Made by a program: the position numbers and the translations under genes
The notes under the pieces: model-generated
The model's input: only the letters and a program-made list of their open reading frames with translations
The model's database searches: none
Told to the model about the DNA's origin: nothing
Source of the DNA: Lama glama
Lineage: Eukaryota
Direction: 5' to 3'
Assembly: GCA_028534125.1 (NCBI GenBank)
Contig: CM052817.1
Location: 89,778,001-89,842,000, forward strand
DNA: 64,000 nucleotides
Shown: one piece after another, positions 1-12,574 of the stretch
Layout of the letters: each line of letters starts with the position of its first letter
How positions within the stretch are numbered: the stretch's first letter is position 1

Positions 1-3000
1 AGGGGGGAAGCTTTAGCCATCTGAACAGATAAACTTAACTTATTTCAACTGTTCTTTTAAAACTAGTGAGTTCTGTAGTATTGTACTTGATTCATAGCAG
101 AAATTTTAAATTAAAAGTTTGCTTGCATCTGATGCATGTTTACGTGTGTCGATATATGTGTTGTAGATATGTGATAGTTTCTACCTCCAGATGGTATTAC
201 TAAAATTTGTAAAAGAAAAAATCTCTATTTACTGACGTAAAGAAAGTCAAACACTTATATGAATTAAGTACTCATAAAATTCCCAGAAATATAATAGAAA
301 TTTCATCCAAATGCTTTTCAGGTTTACATGGTCAGGGAAAGTATTTGATATTAAAGCCGGTTTAAGTATCAATACTGATTACTGATATCAATACTGAATA
401 TAATACAATCATTTAAGTTTTATTCAACCTGAGTTTGTCAAATAAGTTCATGTTACAAAATCTGTATGCAAGAAAAATAACTTGGTACGATTACATTTTC
501 ATAAGCAATCTAAACATAGTTATTAAAAACAAATAAATTAAATAGATGTAAGTAGGATAAAAAGTTTTAGATAAACTTTTAAAAATAGCTTCCCAAAATC
601 TTTTGGTAAACTAGAACCTCAGAGTCTTGCTGAGTTCAGTTAAAAAGTGAATTAAGTTAAATTCATTGAATATACAAATTATTTCCAACTAAGCTAAAAC
701 AATGAAACATTAAATAACTGACCACAGGCTTATTCACTTTTTAATTCCTTTTACAGAGGGACTAACGATATTTGGGTCTCTTAGTAAACATGTGTTATGC
801 CATGCTGAGATTATTTTCTATGAGAAAGCATATGTTTCTAGAAATTATCAAAATTATTTATAAAGTTGCCAAGCTACATAATGCTACCATAAAATAAAGT
901 TCACAATTGTTTACTTCTTAGCTTTCACTGGAAATTAAAGGTTTCTATGGGTTTAAAATGTAGTATGTGTGGTTAAGGCTACTAGGAATAATAAGAAAGG
1001 AATCTGCATGTGCAAGAAAAATAAGATGCATGTTTTCAGTAAAAGAAGATATGAGGGATAGAAATGCATTTTGTTGAGAGAGAGAAAAAAAAAAGTAACT
1101 TTGTCCTAAGAAAGGTTGGTTATTTAAGAATAGGAAAGAGAAAAAACATAGAACAAAATCTGAATGTAAAAAATAAAGTTGTAGAAGTTTTGTGGAAAAG
1201 GAGTCTTTGGAAAGGAATTTCATTCATGGTCAGGAATGAGACTGGAATGAAAACTGAATGAATAAATTTTGCTGTTAAAAGTAAACTGGTATAAGGTTAG
1301 AATTCTGTTTTCTCTCTGCTAAAAGAACTAAGTTTGTTTGCACTATTGGGTCTGCACTTGACAAAAGATTATGAAAGGTTTTTCTTTACCTTTTGAAGTA
1401 ATCTGCCTATTAAAACAAAATAAAAGAAGTCTCTTCTATCAAAATAGCTTCCTATGCTTCCTACTGTCTTTATCAGGTCTTTGATTATTTAAGAAACAGA
1501 GTCTTTTGCTCAGAACTATGTAATCTTCTAAGTTTGCCTGTGAAAAATTTTTTGTCACTTTGGTTAAGTAGATAATTAAAAATTGTTTCATTATAATCTG
1601 TGATTAAATTTAGTCAAGTATCCAAAACCTTTCACTATTTTTTTTACAAACTTCCCAAAAATCAGATTCTAAATTAAATTTCTTGGACCAAAAAATAACT
1701 TTGAGAATTTTTCAGGGGACCCCTTGAACATCTCAAAAGATTTTTTTATAAAAGAGATTTTAAACTAATTTGGCTTACTTGATATGTTAAATTGCATGGG
1801 AAGCACTGTTCAACAAGGAGAAATACTAAGATTTCTTTATGCTATATTTGCATAGCTATATGTTACAAGTTTTCCAGAGATTGTATGAAATTCCTAGAAA
1901 TCTGAATCTGATATGTCCTTGTACTATCAGTCATAATTCTGGTTGTTATCTTAAAATGTGTGTCAGAGAAATAACCAAATATTCTTGTCAACTTCATTAT
2001 AACTTAGCTTTCATCTGATCTTCAATTATTGACATTTTTAAGTCTTTTGTCATTTATAGACAGTTATTGTTTTATTCTGGTGCTCTTACAATAGACTTCC
2101 TGCAAAAGTACTTCATCTTCAAGGAGATTCAAGAAAAAAAATTGGCAAGTACAAGTTTCTGATAACTATAGGATGATAAAACTGAACTGGATAAAAATTT
2201 TCAGAATAATGGAAAAAACTGTATTCAAGCAGAACAAGTATTCATTGCATGGGACTGAATGAACTGAGAAGGATGATTACAATTTTTATGACTTTTTGTT
2301 TGAAACAACACTGGTTCTTTAATGTTTTGTTTTTCGAGATTTAACCATTTTCTCTTAATTAATGACTTACAACAATCTGGTAAAATATACTTTTGCAAAC
2401 AAAGGTGAAACATTCACTTTTACTCCCGACCTGACCCCTGTAATTCTGAAATTCTTGAGTGTTCTTTTCACAACAAGTTAGTTATTTACATACACTGAAT
2501 TTACATGCCTGTTCTTGTAACAGGGCAAGTAGAAACACTGATTATATTACCAAGGCTTTGACTGGAATGTCATTTTTGAAAGAGACGTGCATAGACTCAG
2601 ATATCATCAGATAGTTTTAAGGAACTAGGTTGACTTATGGAGCCAATAAAGCCCCTTGGAAAAATTGGCCTGGTATTTTGTCCAGAAGGTTTCAGCAAAA
2701 CAGTCTAAAAAGGAGCTTATATGCCTACTCACTATTCTTGCTGCACTCATATAAATAATCAGGCAAATTTTAATGCAAATAAATTAGTTTAACTATGATT
2801 ATCTTTGATTAAAATGGGGGTAATCGAGAGACAAAAACTATGTTTGTTCCTTTGTCAATATTAGATTCTAATCCTGTTGTTTCTGAGGTTTTGTTATATA
2901 CCTATAAACTGGTATATAACTGGATCCTGAATTATAGTTTGCTCAGATGCCTGGCTATGACTCTCTAAAGGAATGTTTCCAATTTCCTCCCACCCTTCAG

Positions 3001-3240
3001 ATTTGGAATCAGTAAGAGCCAAAAAGTGCCCTTGAATCTCCTTGGAATGGAATATACTAAGTCTTCCTTACTAAACTTCAGGGACTTGAATCTGGGTATA
3101 CACCTGACATTTAGTCCTGTAAAATACTGAAAAACTCTGAATCAAATTGATAAGGAAGAGAAATAGCTGACATCAATGTAGATGGCTGGATCAAGACTTC
3201 ATACTTCAGTTAAATAAAAAACCACTTCTTCTCTTTCTTT

Positions 3241-3748
3241 TGTTGACTGAAAAAAATGCACAACCTAAAGCTGAGAGTTATGTTTTATTCAGTGGATTTT
3301 CTGAGGACTCAAGCCTGGGAAGGAGCCTTTCAGACCGCTCTAAGAGAATGCTCCAAAGAGACAAGGGAGGAGTCAGAATATATATGAGTTTTTACAACAC
3401 AGACCAGATAGTTGGAACATTAAAAGATTACAGTTAATTAAAGAGAATAAGATATTACAAGTTAAGGAATTTAATGCTTTTCTATGAATGGGAAGATGCA
3501 AAGATCTGGGCTCACTGAATTCATTCCTTTGATATGCAACTAGCTATCTAGGGCCAGTATCCTATTCTTTTCACATCCTCAGTTCCCTCAAGGTGCACAG
3601 TTGGGGATGGCTATAGAGGCCTGGCTGCCTGTTTGTCTCCCTCCTGAGTTCCCTCTGCTCACTGTTAGCGGTGGGGATAGTAGCTGATGACTTGATGACT
3701 GCAGCATCATTTGTTTACTGATATAGTTGGCAACATTTTTCATTCATA
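3241..3748 (-). mobile_element. Solo LTR inserted antisense into the ERV internal region
   Basis: ~508 bp block. On the minus strand it starts T(A)TGAATGAAAAATGTTGCC and ends ...TCAGTCAACA, with an AATAAA near its 3' end (tttatt at ~3284). GC is higher than the flanks. No clean TSD is visible. Confidence 0.7.
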
Positions 3749-3779
3749 TTGCTTTTTTATACTGGAATTAACCAGGAAA

Positions 3780-4568
3780 GAAAAACATCATCATCTGTTT
3801 CTCCCAGGCCATTGCCAAAGGAGGTAACCTTTCAGATTACTGGATTTATCAGCAAAAATTCTGATCTATGGATCACCCTAGTCAATTTCCTTGTCTCTGA
3901 TTAACACCCAAACGTGGGGAAATTTGTGTCCAGGCTCTACGCAAAGAAAGAGACACAAGGCAAAAGTAACCAGATAAAGCTGCAAGTGTGGTCTATAGAC
4001 CCTTAAATTTTCACTGGCCTCCATGGCTGTCACTTTTCCTGTCCTGATCCACACATTCAGATAGGAACAACCCAAGAGACGTATATGATGCCAAGTTTGC
4101 CTCCACAAGAAGCAACTTTCTCCCTTGAGTCAGACTAAGTGCCAGTAAACATGATCAGAACTCTCTCCCTAACATTAGAAGAGCTATCCAATTCCACGCC
4201 AAAGCAATAGCAGCCTAACAACAAGAGTTACAACAGTTTTGAATAATTGCATAGTCCTTGATTATCTACTTGTTGAACAAGGAGGTGATTATGCCATAGC
4301 AAATACTGCCTGTTGCACATGGACAAATGTCTCTGGAGAAGTAGAAATTCAAGTATACAAGATCAGGGGACAAGTGCACTGGTTGCAATAAATTCCATCT
4401 GATTCTCCATGGTCCTTTGATTTGTTTAGTTGGTGACCCTCAGGTCTAGTATCCTGGTTCAAAACCATTATACAAACTGGATTTGTCATATTAGTTTTAA
4501 CTCTGCTTTCCATAACTATTTTTAAATTTTATATTTGCCTGTCAAATTCTTGTAGAAACAAGATATAA
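3780..4568 (+). pseudogene. env: Defective retroviral env (short SU N-terminal remnant plus TM subunit)
   Basis: 3780-3860 reads ENIIICFSQAIAKGGNLSDYWIY, resembling a degenerate CWIC-region. 4236-4568 reads VLNNCIVLDYLLVEQGGDYAIANTACCTWTNVSGEVE...WLQ*...FDLFSW*...WFKTIIQTGFVILVLTLLSITIF: an immunosuppressive domain, a degenerate CX6CC-type motif and a transmembrane helix, with stops. Confidence 0.9.
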
Positions 4569-4797
4569 TAAGGTGATGTTCGCTTAATGCTTCTAGATGA
4601 ACTCTAACACTTAAGAACATAGTAAGATATAGACTGAGAAATGCCTGAGAGTTCTCCCTCTTATCCTTCCTTCTTACTGAGACATGACAGCCAGGAAAGG
4701 TCCTTCCTGGCACTGAGGGACAAAACCACACAATAAGAAAAACCTGATTCTTGATCAGTGATGCTTTTGAGAAAAAAATCTTGATCAAAAGGGGAAA

Positions 4798-5230
4798 TGT
4801 GAAAATGAATATAGGAAAACTTCATTCAAATGGAGTCAGGAAGCCCTCAAGGGGCTGTTCTCATGTCTGTACTGCTGCTTACAGCTTACTATACATACCC
4901 TAGCAGAAAGAAGCTTTATATACCCCAGCAGGAAGAAGGAAGATTTTTTTCCTTGCCCAGTAACAACCCAACCAATGAGAAGCTACTACAACTCAATAAG
5001 AGCCCTCCACAGCCCTGAATTCTTGCTCTCCTCCAATGAAGCTTCATTCAAAACAGTCCTTCCAAACACCTTCCTTTCTTCTATAAAAAGAAAGCTCTTC
5101 TCCTTTGTTCTCCAGATTTGCCTATGGTTCACCATAGTTTGCATGTCTCAAATTGCAGTTCTTTTGCTGTTCCTGAATAAACTCAATTTTGCTGGCCAAA
5201 CAGCTAACCTTTATGTTTTAAAAGTTGACA
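4798..5230 (+). mobile_element. ERV 3' LTR
   Basis: Follows the PPT. TGTGAAAATG...AAGTTGACA termini, TATA-like ctataaaa at ~5081 and AATAAA at ~5177. Confidence 0.85.
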
Positions 5231-7886
5231 ATTGCAACTGAGTTCCCTTGAGTTTGGAATAAGAAAATTAAGAGTAACGGGAGACACCTTAATCAGAGTG
5301 ATGGTTGGTTATGCTAATTCTAAAAGCCAAGGTGAAATTATTTCTTTGTGTTGGTTAATATGTAAGGAAGTTGGATATTTCTGTTTTTTCTGAAATGATT
5401 ACTCATTTAATCAATAAAGAAGGTTCGAAGAAAAATGTCTCACTTTGAATTTGACAGTTCTGTATAAAGCAGAGTTCTAAACAGAAGCATCTCAGCATTG
5501 GCAGTCAGAACTCCAAACAAAAAAGTGTAGAAAGATTACTTTAAACCAGCTTTATTCCTCAAATCCTCCACTCTTATCAATGTCTTTCCACATCAAATCC
5601 ATCCATCTCAATGTTATCTAAGGCTATGTTTTGAGGCATAAAAATGATTACAGAAGAATTTTTATATTTTTATGACATATTATTAAAATTCCAGGAGATT
5701 GAAAAACTTTGGACATTTCTTGAAATTCAACATAACTTTCTTTTCTGAAACCTGACATGAAAATGTGTATGTCATCACATTCTCTAGTTTTCTTACTCCA
5801 AAAGGTATTAGTGTCAGTCTTGGAAGTCAAAATTAATAAGAGAAAGGATAGGGGAGAAAAAAATCTATTGAGCACTTGTATATTTTTAATATTGCCTTAA
5901 ATATTGCATATATGGCCCATAGATATTATAATACATTCAAAAACACACAGTGTTTATGTACAATTTAAATTATAATTATATATGCATAATTTCAAATTTA
6001 ATTCCCATTAATATATACTAATCTTAGTACAACTATTTTCATTTTAAGCATAAGGAAATTGCAACTGAGAATGACAAAACCCCACAGTTAAGATCCCAAA
6101 ACTTGAGTATTCTTCATTTCAATATGAGAGAATAAAAGCTCAGAGAATTTAAGTGACTTCTCACAAGATTGTACAGAATTTAGAAATGAAATTAGAAGTT
6201 CTCCTACCACATCAGTCTGCTTCCATGAAACAAGAAAACAGAACTTTTTCAAAGCTAATTCTGAGTCATGCAATCTGTTGAGATTCTTGCATTATCACTC
6301 ATTAACCACAAAACTATGCAACCTAAGTGCCTTCTACTCTGTATTTTGTTCATTTTGGGAGTTTATTGGGTTTTTTTTCCCAAGGATATACAGTGATATC
6401 TAGAAAGGTGAAATAAATTTACCTGAGATCAAACAGTCAAAATTTCAGGTTTAGATCTGATCTCTATTCTACCTCAACTCACTTGACTCTTTCCTCAACA
6501 AACAGTGGCGATATCATTCATGTAGCACTTACTACTAAATAGACATTGGTAATATGTCCAAATAACAAAATCTTAAAATTTTAGACTCACAAAGCATACA
6601 TCATTAATTCATGTTGATTGTTGATTCTACACAGGGGCCAGACAGCCACTGACTGGGAAATTTTCTTACAGCCCTAGTAATTTTTCAGAGAAAGTAAGTT
6701 CACTGGGTGTTTTCTTTTGTTTTTTCATTTCATAAAACAAACTGGTCAATATTTTTTGAACTTACAACAGGGACCAATCAGTAACTAAATCCCTTGGTAG
6801 AAAATAACATATTTTTCTTTTATAAGAAAATTCTGTTTATATCATATCCCAATAATTATAAACCTATACACAAAGCAAATATAAATAAAACTAAACAACA
6901 AAACCTATTATATAATTCCTTCTCAAAGTATATCATAGAATTGGTGGTCAGTCATCCTCATTTTCCTGTATAGGTTAAATATTTATGTAAGAACAAAGAC
7001 ACATAACAACAATATAGGGCACTGCAGCACCCTGAAGTTTCACTTGTCCTAAGTATAATTATGTTCATTATTATTTTCCCATTATGGGAAATATGTTACA
7101 TGCTAATTTTTGGAAATTATATTATACATAATATTTGTAGACTAAACTATGTTGATCAAATTAATAATAGGAATACTATACTTACCAAATACTTATGATA
7201 AATCACAGTTTATATAGTTTACAAGAAATTGCCTCAGTAATGTCACAGTTATATTTCAGAGCATAAGTAAAAGTCTTTTTCAGTTGACTAACTGCTGATC
7301 GGGAAGTTTGAGGGTTGTTTTGTACTTCACTGGCATCCTCTAACTGAATTCTCTCTTCTACCTCCTACTAAATTTTCTCATTTTGAGTACAAATAACTTT
7401 TTATACATGAGGCTTTTCTGAACAGGTAAATAGCTTTAAGGGTGAAAGAAACAATAGAATTTAAGAACCCTGTCTTTCTGCTAGTTTACTATATCAGGAA
7501 TCTGACTTGTCATCTCTAGAGTCATTCATTTAGCTATGCTATGTATGAGACTTCACCAAGTAGCAAGCATTACCAACAAATTATTCTAAAAATCTGATTC
7601 AGGACAATGAAACTGTGTTTCAGTCTCCTATTTTTAGGATCTGTGTTTCTGCAGCTGTCTACAATTCCAAAATAGCCTTTTTAAGAAGGCGATTAAGAAG
7701 ACCTGTTTCTCTCAATTAAGTTTTTAAATTTAAAACTAGGAAAATAGAAGCATCTGCATATCTTGACACAGGCTTTTAAGTGTTGTTAAATATTAGTCAT
7801 ATCACAATTTAAAAATCATCATAATTATTATTTAAATGTGTTGTTCTATTTAGTGTTATAAAACTGTGAAACTGTGTATGTGTTTC

Positions 7887-7888
7887 TC

Positions 7889-7920
<32 letters not shown>

Positions 7921-7925
7921 TGTGT
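7887..7925. repeat. (TG)n microsatellite
   Basis: Direct inspection. Confidence 0.95.
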
Positions 7926-8129
7926 CTTGTAGGTAATAAAACTATACTATAATGTACATACTCCTTGGTATTACTCCTATGCTTAACAGGGTATTATATT
8001 TTAGGTATCCTATATGTCACTAACTTTTCTGCCACAAATTTTTGATGCCCACACAGCATTCCATTGTATGTATCAATGACTGTTCTTGCATGAAAATCAC
8101 TTGGGGAACTGCTTTAAAAGTATAGTTTC

Positions 8130-9585
8130 TCAGCCTACTGAATGGGAGAACATATTTGCAAATGATATGACCGACAAGGGATTAATGTTCAATATATATA
8201 AACAGCTCATACAACTCAATACCAAGAAAAAAAAACTCACAAACAATCCAATTGAAAAATGGGCAGAAGACCTGAATAACACATATAGATGGCAAACAGG
8301 TACATGAAAAGATGTTTACACGATACTATAGATCAACTGTATTTCAATTTTAAAAAGATGCTCAATATTGCTAATCATCAGAGAAATGGAAATCAAATCC
8401 ACAATGAGGTATCACCTCACATCAGTCAGAATGGCTACCATAAAAAAGACCACAAATAACAAATGTTGGTAAGGATGTAGAGAAAAAGCAAACTCAGGTA
8501 AACTGTTGGTGGGAATGTAAATTAGTGCAGGCACTACTGAAAGTAGTGTAAAGGTTCCTCAAAAAACTAAAAATAGAATTACTATATGACCCAGCAAGTC
8601 CATTCCTGGGATTGATATCCAAAGAAAATGAAAACACGAATTTGAAAAGATAAACCTACCCCAATGTTCATAGCAACATTATTTATAACAGCCAAGATAT
8701 GAAAGCATCCCAAGTGCCTATCAATAGAGGAAAAGATAAAGAAGATGTGACATATATTTAATGGATTATTAGTCAGCCATAAAAAAAGAATGAAATCTTG
8801 CCACTTGCAACAACACAGACAGACTTGGAAGGTATCATGCTTAGTAAACTAAGTTAAATGGAGAAAGACAAATACTGTATGTTATCACTTATATGTGGAA
8901 TCTAAAAATTGAGCATTGACTGTAACAAAACAGAAACAAACTCACAAATAAAGAGAACAAGCTAGTGGTTTCCAGTGGGGAGAGAGCAGGGGGAAAAGGG
9001 CAAGATAGGGGTAGGGGATTAAGAGGTAGAAACTACTGTGTATAAAATAAGCTACAAGGATATATTGTACAGCATGGGGAATGTGAGCTGGCCTTGAGAC
9101 GAGTTGAGGCTGTGGGACCCAAGGCCACGACTACAGAGCACGTTCGTAGGATGCAGTAAATAATTGCTCCACGCACGTGTCAATTATATAAGATTTAGAA
9201 CAAAGAAAATAGAAGTACGCATGTGCCAGAGATACTCTGTAAGCCTAATGAACAAAGAAACTCGGACTGCACATTTGCTGACAGAAAAACAAGTAAAAGC
9301 AGGACAAGTGTATCATAGGCGCGCACCTCCCTGTGGCAATAAAGTGCTGTTAACCCCCTGGTGTCTTTGGCTGAAGTCTGTCCGGCAGTAAGGCAACTCC
9401 TTGTGCATTTTTTCATTTGGGCCACTCACCTCCTAGAACTCGACATCAGCCTCCCTCAGCTGACAGGGAATATAGCCAATATTTTATAATAACTTTAAAT
9501 GGAGTATAATCTATAAAAATATTGTATCAATATGTTGTACACCTGAAACTAACATCATATTTTAAATCAACTATACATCAATAAG
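8130..9585 (+). mobile_element. 5'-truncated L1 (ORF2 C-terminus plus 3' UTR)
   Basis: Translates as [18 protein letters not shown]...[12 protein letters not shown] (L1 ORF2). Followed by a typical 3' UTR ending '...aatcaactatacatcaataa'. Confidence 0.95.
9082..9465 (+). mobile_element. Young solo LTR (384 bp) inserted in the L1 3' UTR
   Basis: TG...CA termini, perfect 5-bp TSD GGGAA (9077-9081 and 9466-9470), AATAAA at 9338, many intact CpGs. Confidence 0.9.
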
Positions 9586-10099
9586 TGCAAAGAGAGTCAG
9601 AATCTCCCATCAGAAATGCTGACTCAAATAGTTGGGGTGAAGCAGGAAAATCTGGAGCTTCATCAAGCTCCTTAATTGATTCTGATGAACAGAGCCTTGG
9701 GAACTACTAATATAATTGTACTTTGGGATGTATTTTTTAAATCAATCACTTATTTTCAGACATTTAGGCTCTTCACTTTTTCAATATTGTAAACTGTAAT
9801 CTTTGTACACATGACTGGCTGTCTTCCAGAGTTAATTCCTCCAAATAGAATTGCTAAAATGTTTACTAGGTATTGCTAAATATTGCTACTTTTTTCCCTA
9901 ATATTCAGTCTCCACCAGGTATACTCATAGTGACCAAAATAAATCTAACTGTATGTTAGTTACTTCTAAATTATATTTCAGAGAATTTTTACTAAGGATA
10001 TAAGATTATATTTTCACTTTTTTTTTAGTCTGATAGTTGGCAGGGTTTCAGTTCACACAGAAAAAATAAGCATTTTAAGATGATTCATACTGCTTTTTT

Positions 10100-10299
10100 A
10101 TTTTTTAATTTTTTAAACATTTTTTATTGATTTATAATCATTTTACAATGTTGTGTCAAATTCCAGTGTTCAGCACAATTTTTCAGTCATTCATGGACAT
10201 ATAGATAAACAAGATTATACTGCATAGCACAGGGAAATATACACAAAATGCTATGATAACTCACAGAGAAAAAAATGTGACAATGAGTGTGTTTATGTC
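10100..10299 (-). mobile_element. Short young L1 3'-end insertion with 5' inversion
   Basis: T-rich tail plus minus-strand L1 terminus (10100-10203) joined to a plus-strand upstream L1 segment (10204-10299). Flanked by a 15-bp TSD catactgctttttta (10086-10100 and 10300-10314). Confidence 0.9.
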
Positions 10300-10319
10300 C
10301 ATACTGCTTTTTTAAATTG

Positions 10320-10460
10320 TCTGTCTTTTCTATTATGTAAACTCTCCATGAAGGTAGGAATTTCTGATTATGTTGTTTACTGCTATATCTCCCACCACAA
10401 ACAATGCCTGATACATTGCAGGTATCCAAAAATACTTGTTAAACTAATTAATGAATAATT
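10320..10460 (+). mobile_element. L2 3' end relic
   Basis: 'tgtaaactctccatgaaggtaggaa...acaatgcctgatacattgcaggtatccaaaaatacttgtt...atgaat' is L2 3'-end-like. Confidence 0.7.
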
Positions 10461-12376
10461 TTTTTCATACATCCAGTTAATCATTTTAAGAAATTTGGGT
10501 CATTACTTCCTGGATTCCTCCTTCTCAAACTCTCTTCTGACCCATATTCAACAAATTTGGAAGCTCTGTTGCATTTTTCTCACACAAAAGATTTTGCATT
10601 TTACACTAATTTCACCATCTATACTTGTTTTTTTTTTTTTTTTGAGTCTCCTAAGCATTTTGTGAGCATCTAGCATCGGCTTCTACTTCCAACATACCAT
10701 ACTCAACAGACTAAGCTTTCTAACCTGATCTCAAAGTGCCTGCAACATCCCATTCAACTTTTATTACATGCTACTTTCCCATCCATACACAGTGTAAATA
10801 CTCCCTTCAAATTTCTCATTGGAGAATTGATCATTTATCTGTCTCAAATTCACTGAACTTTTCTTATGTAATATTCAAAATGCTATGAATTCCAGTTAGT
10901 ACTATTTTTTTCATTTTAATTCTAGAATTAGTACTCAACTTCAAATAGCTTCAGGTCTTACTATGGTTGGTTTTAGGCTTTTCTAGGGTGGCATAGAATA
11001 GGCCATTCTCAGGCATGGACCTTACTCATAGAACTCAACCTTTCTAGCATATCAAATGTTATGCTAGATGTATGAAGAAATGTTAATGAGTTAATATGGT
11101 CTCTCCACACTTGGCTTACTCGGACCTCAATGTTCCTAAAGCCTACTTGATCCCTAGTATTTCTACCTTTTAACTCTATATCATATATTCTGTTGTAAGA
11201 GCCTGGTAGTCTCACGCTATAAATATGTGACACAGCCCTCACCTAATTTCTCATAATCAACCATGCACAGATTTTGAGAACTCCTCCCAGAACAAACACC
11301 TTTTCTCCTATGCTCAAGTCCAACTGACTTGAACTCTAATTTCTGCTTCCTCAGCTCAGTAAAACTATCATGTTCTTCTTGGTCCTTAGCTTACTACTCT
11401 GTGGTTGGGAAATTGTCCCTATTCATAGAGCTAGAGATATCATTGGCTCACCACATGAATTTACATTTTGTCAGGAATAATAATCTTGCAATCCCTATAT
11501 AGTCCAGTTTCTGAAAACCGTTGCTTCATGTTTTCTGTCCAGTTTTACAGTTACATAAAGTGGAAGACATTGTCTAGCACTATTACTAGGTCATAATCAT
11601 AGGTGAAATATTCAAAGAAATGTGTTATTATTACACATTTTTATTTAAGAATTTAACATCGTAGCTTTTAATAATCTGTCAGTCAACATTTGGTTAAAAA
11701 AGTGTGGGGGGTGGAGTCTGAAGGTAATTTAATAGAAGCAAGTTGCAAATCCTTCTAAGATGCCATTTAACTTTTTAAAATTATGCACATAACATCTTTA
11801 GTATCTCAATGAATTTCCTTGGTTGCGATCATAAAATTCCATAGTTAGCCAATTAATTTTTCATATAGCTCAATGATTGAGGTAGATAATTTGCTGATGG
11901 AGCAGCATAGATCATTACAACAGCTTGTTTTTCAAATCAAGTTATCTGAAACTATCTATTGATGACTCAATACTAGTTTCATAAATAAGATTTTCTTACT
12001 CTTTCTTGCATATTTTGCTGTTTCAGTAAATTGTTTAATTACTATGCTTGCCAAGTTTTACTGACTAAGCTACATACTTTAGCTCTTAATTTTACATATT
12101 TTATTGCTCAATTACATATTTCAGAGGATTATCTAATTTATATTCTTGATTGTTGACTATGTCACATACCTTACCAAATATGAGGGTCAAGTTATCTATT
12201 GGATTTTGTTCATTTGTATAATTAGCTAAGTGAGCTATATATGTAACCAAAGTCTGAATTTGTGAAATAATATATAATAGAATAATATTTTGTTCATAAA
12301 ATTTATTGACACAGAATAGTAATCTTCTTTCCATGCCTTTTATTTTATATTCATTTCCAAATAATTTAAAATTCAC

Positions 12377-12525
12377 AGGTTCCAGGAATTAGGACATTAT
12401 CATTTGAAGGACCACCATTCAACCAATTACAATCTTCCTTGTGGCCCCCACCAAAGTCACATCTATTTCATATGCAAAATGCATTCACCCTATCTCAATA
12501 TTCCCAAAGATCTCAAATCACAAAC
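12377..12525 (-). mobile_element. MLT1 (MaLR) LTR edge plus adjacent internal fragment
   Basis: 'caggttccaggaattaggac...cattcaaccaattaca' followed by 'catatgcaaaatgcattcacc'. Confidence 0.55.
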
Positions 12526-12574
12526 TCTAAGCTATTATACTGTATTAAGTTAAACATGTATATTATAATCTCTA

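Larger units (their letters stand above)
1..4797 (+). mobile_element. Degenerate class I (ERV1-type) endogenous retrovirus, internal 3' region; continues off the left edge
   Basis: Long AT-rich non-coding internal region typical of non-autonomous ERV1 elements. It leads into env remnants (3780-4568), a polypurine tract (aaaaggggaaa, ~4787-4797) and an LTR starting TG at 4798. Confidence 0.8.
8080..9712. mobile_element. MER5-like hAT MITE split in two (8080-8135 and ~9592-9712) by an L1 insertion
   Basis: Left half 'gcatgaaaatcacttggggaactgctttaaaa' and right half 'ctgactcaaatagttggggtg...caagctccttaattgattctgatg...ttgggaactact' resemble remembered MER5 consensus features. Confidence 0.55.
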
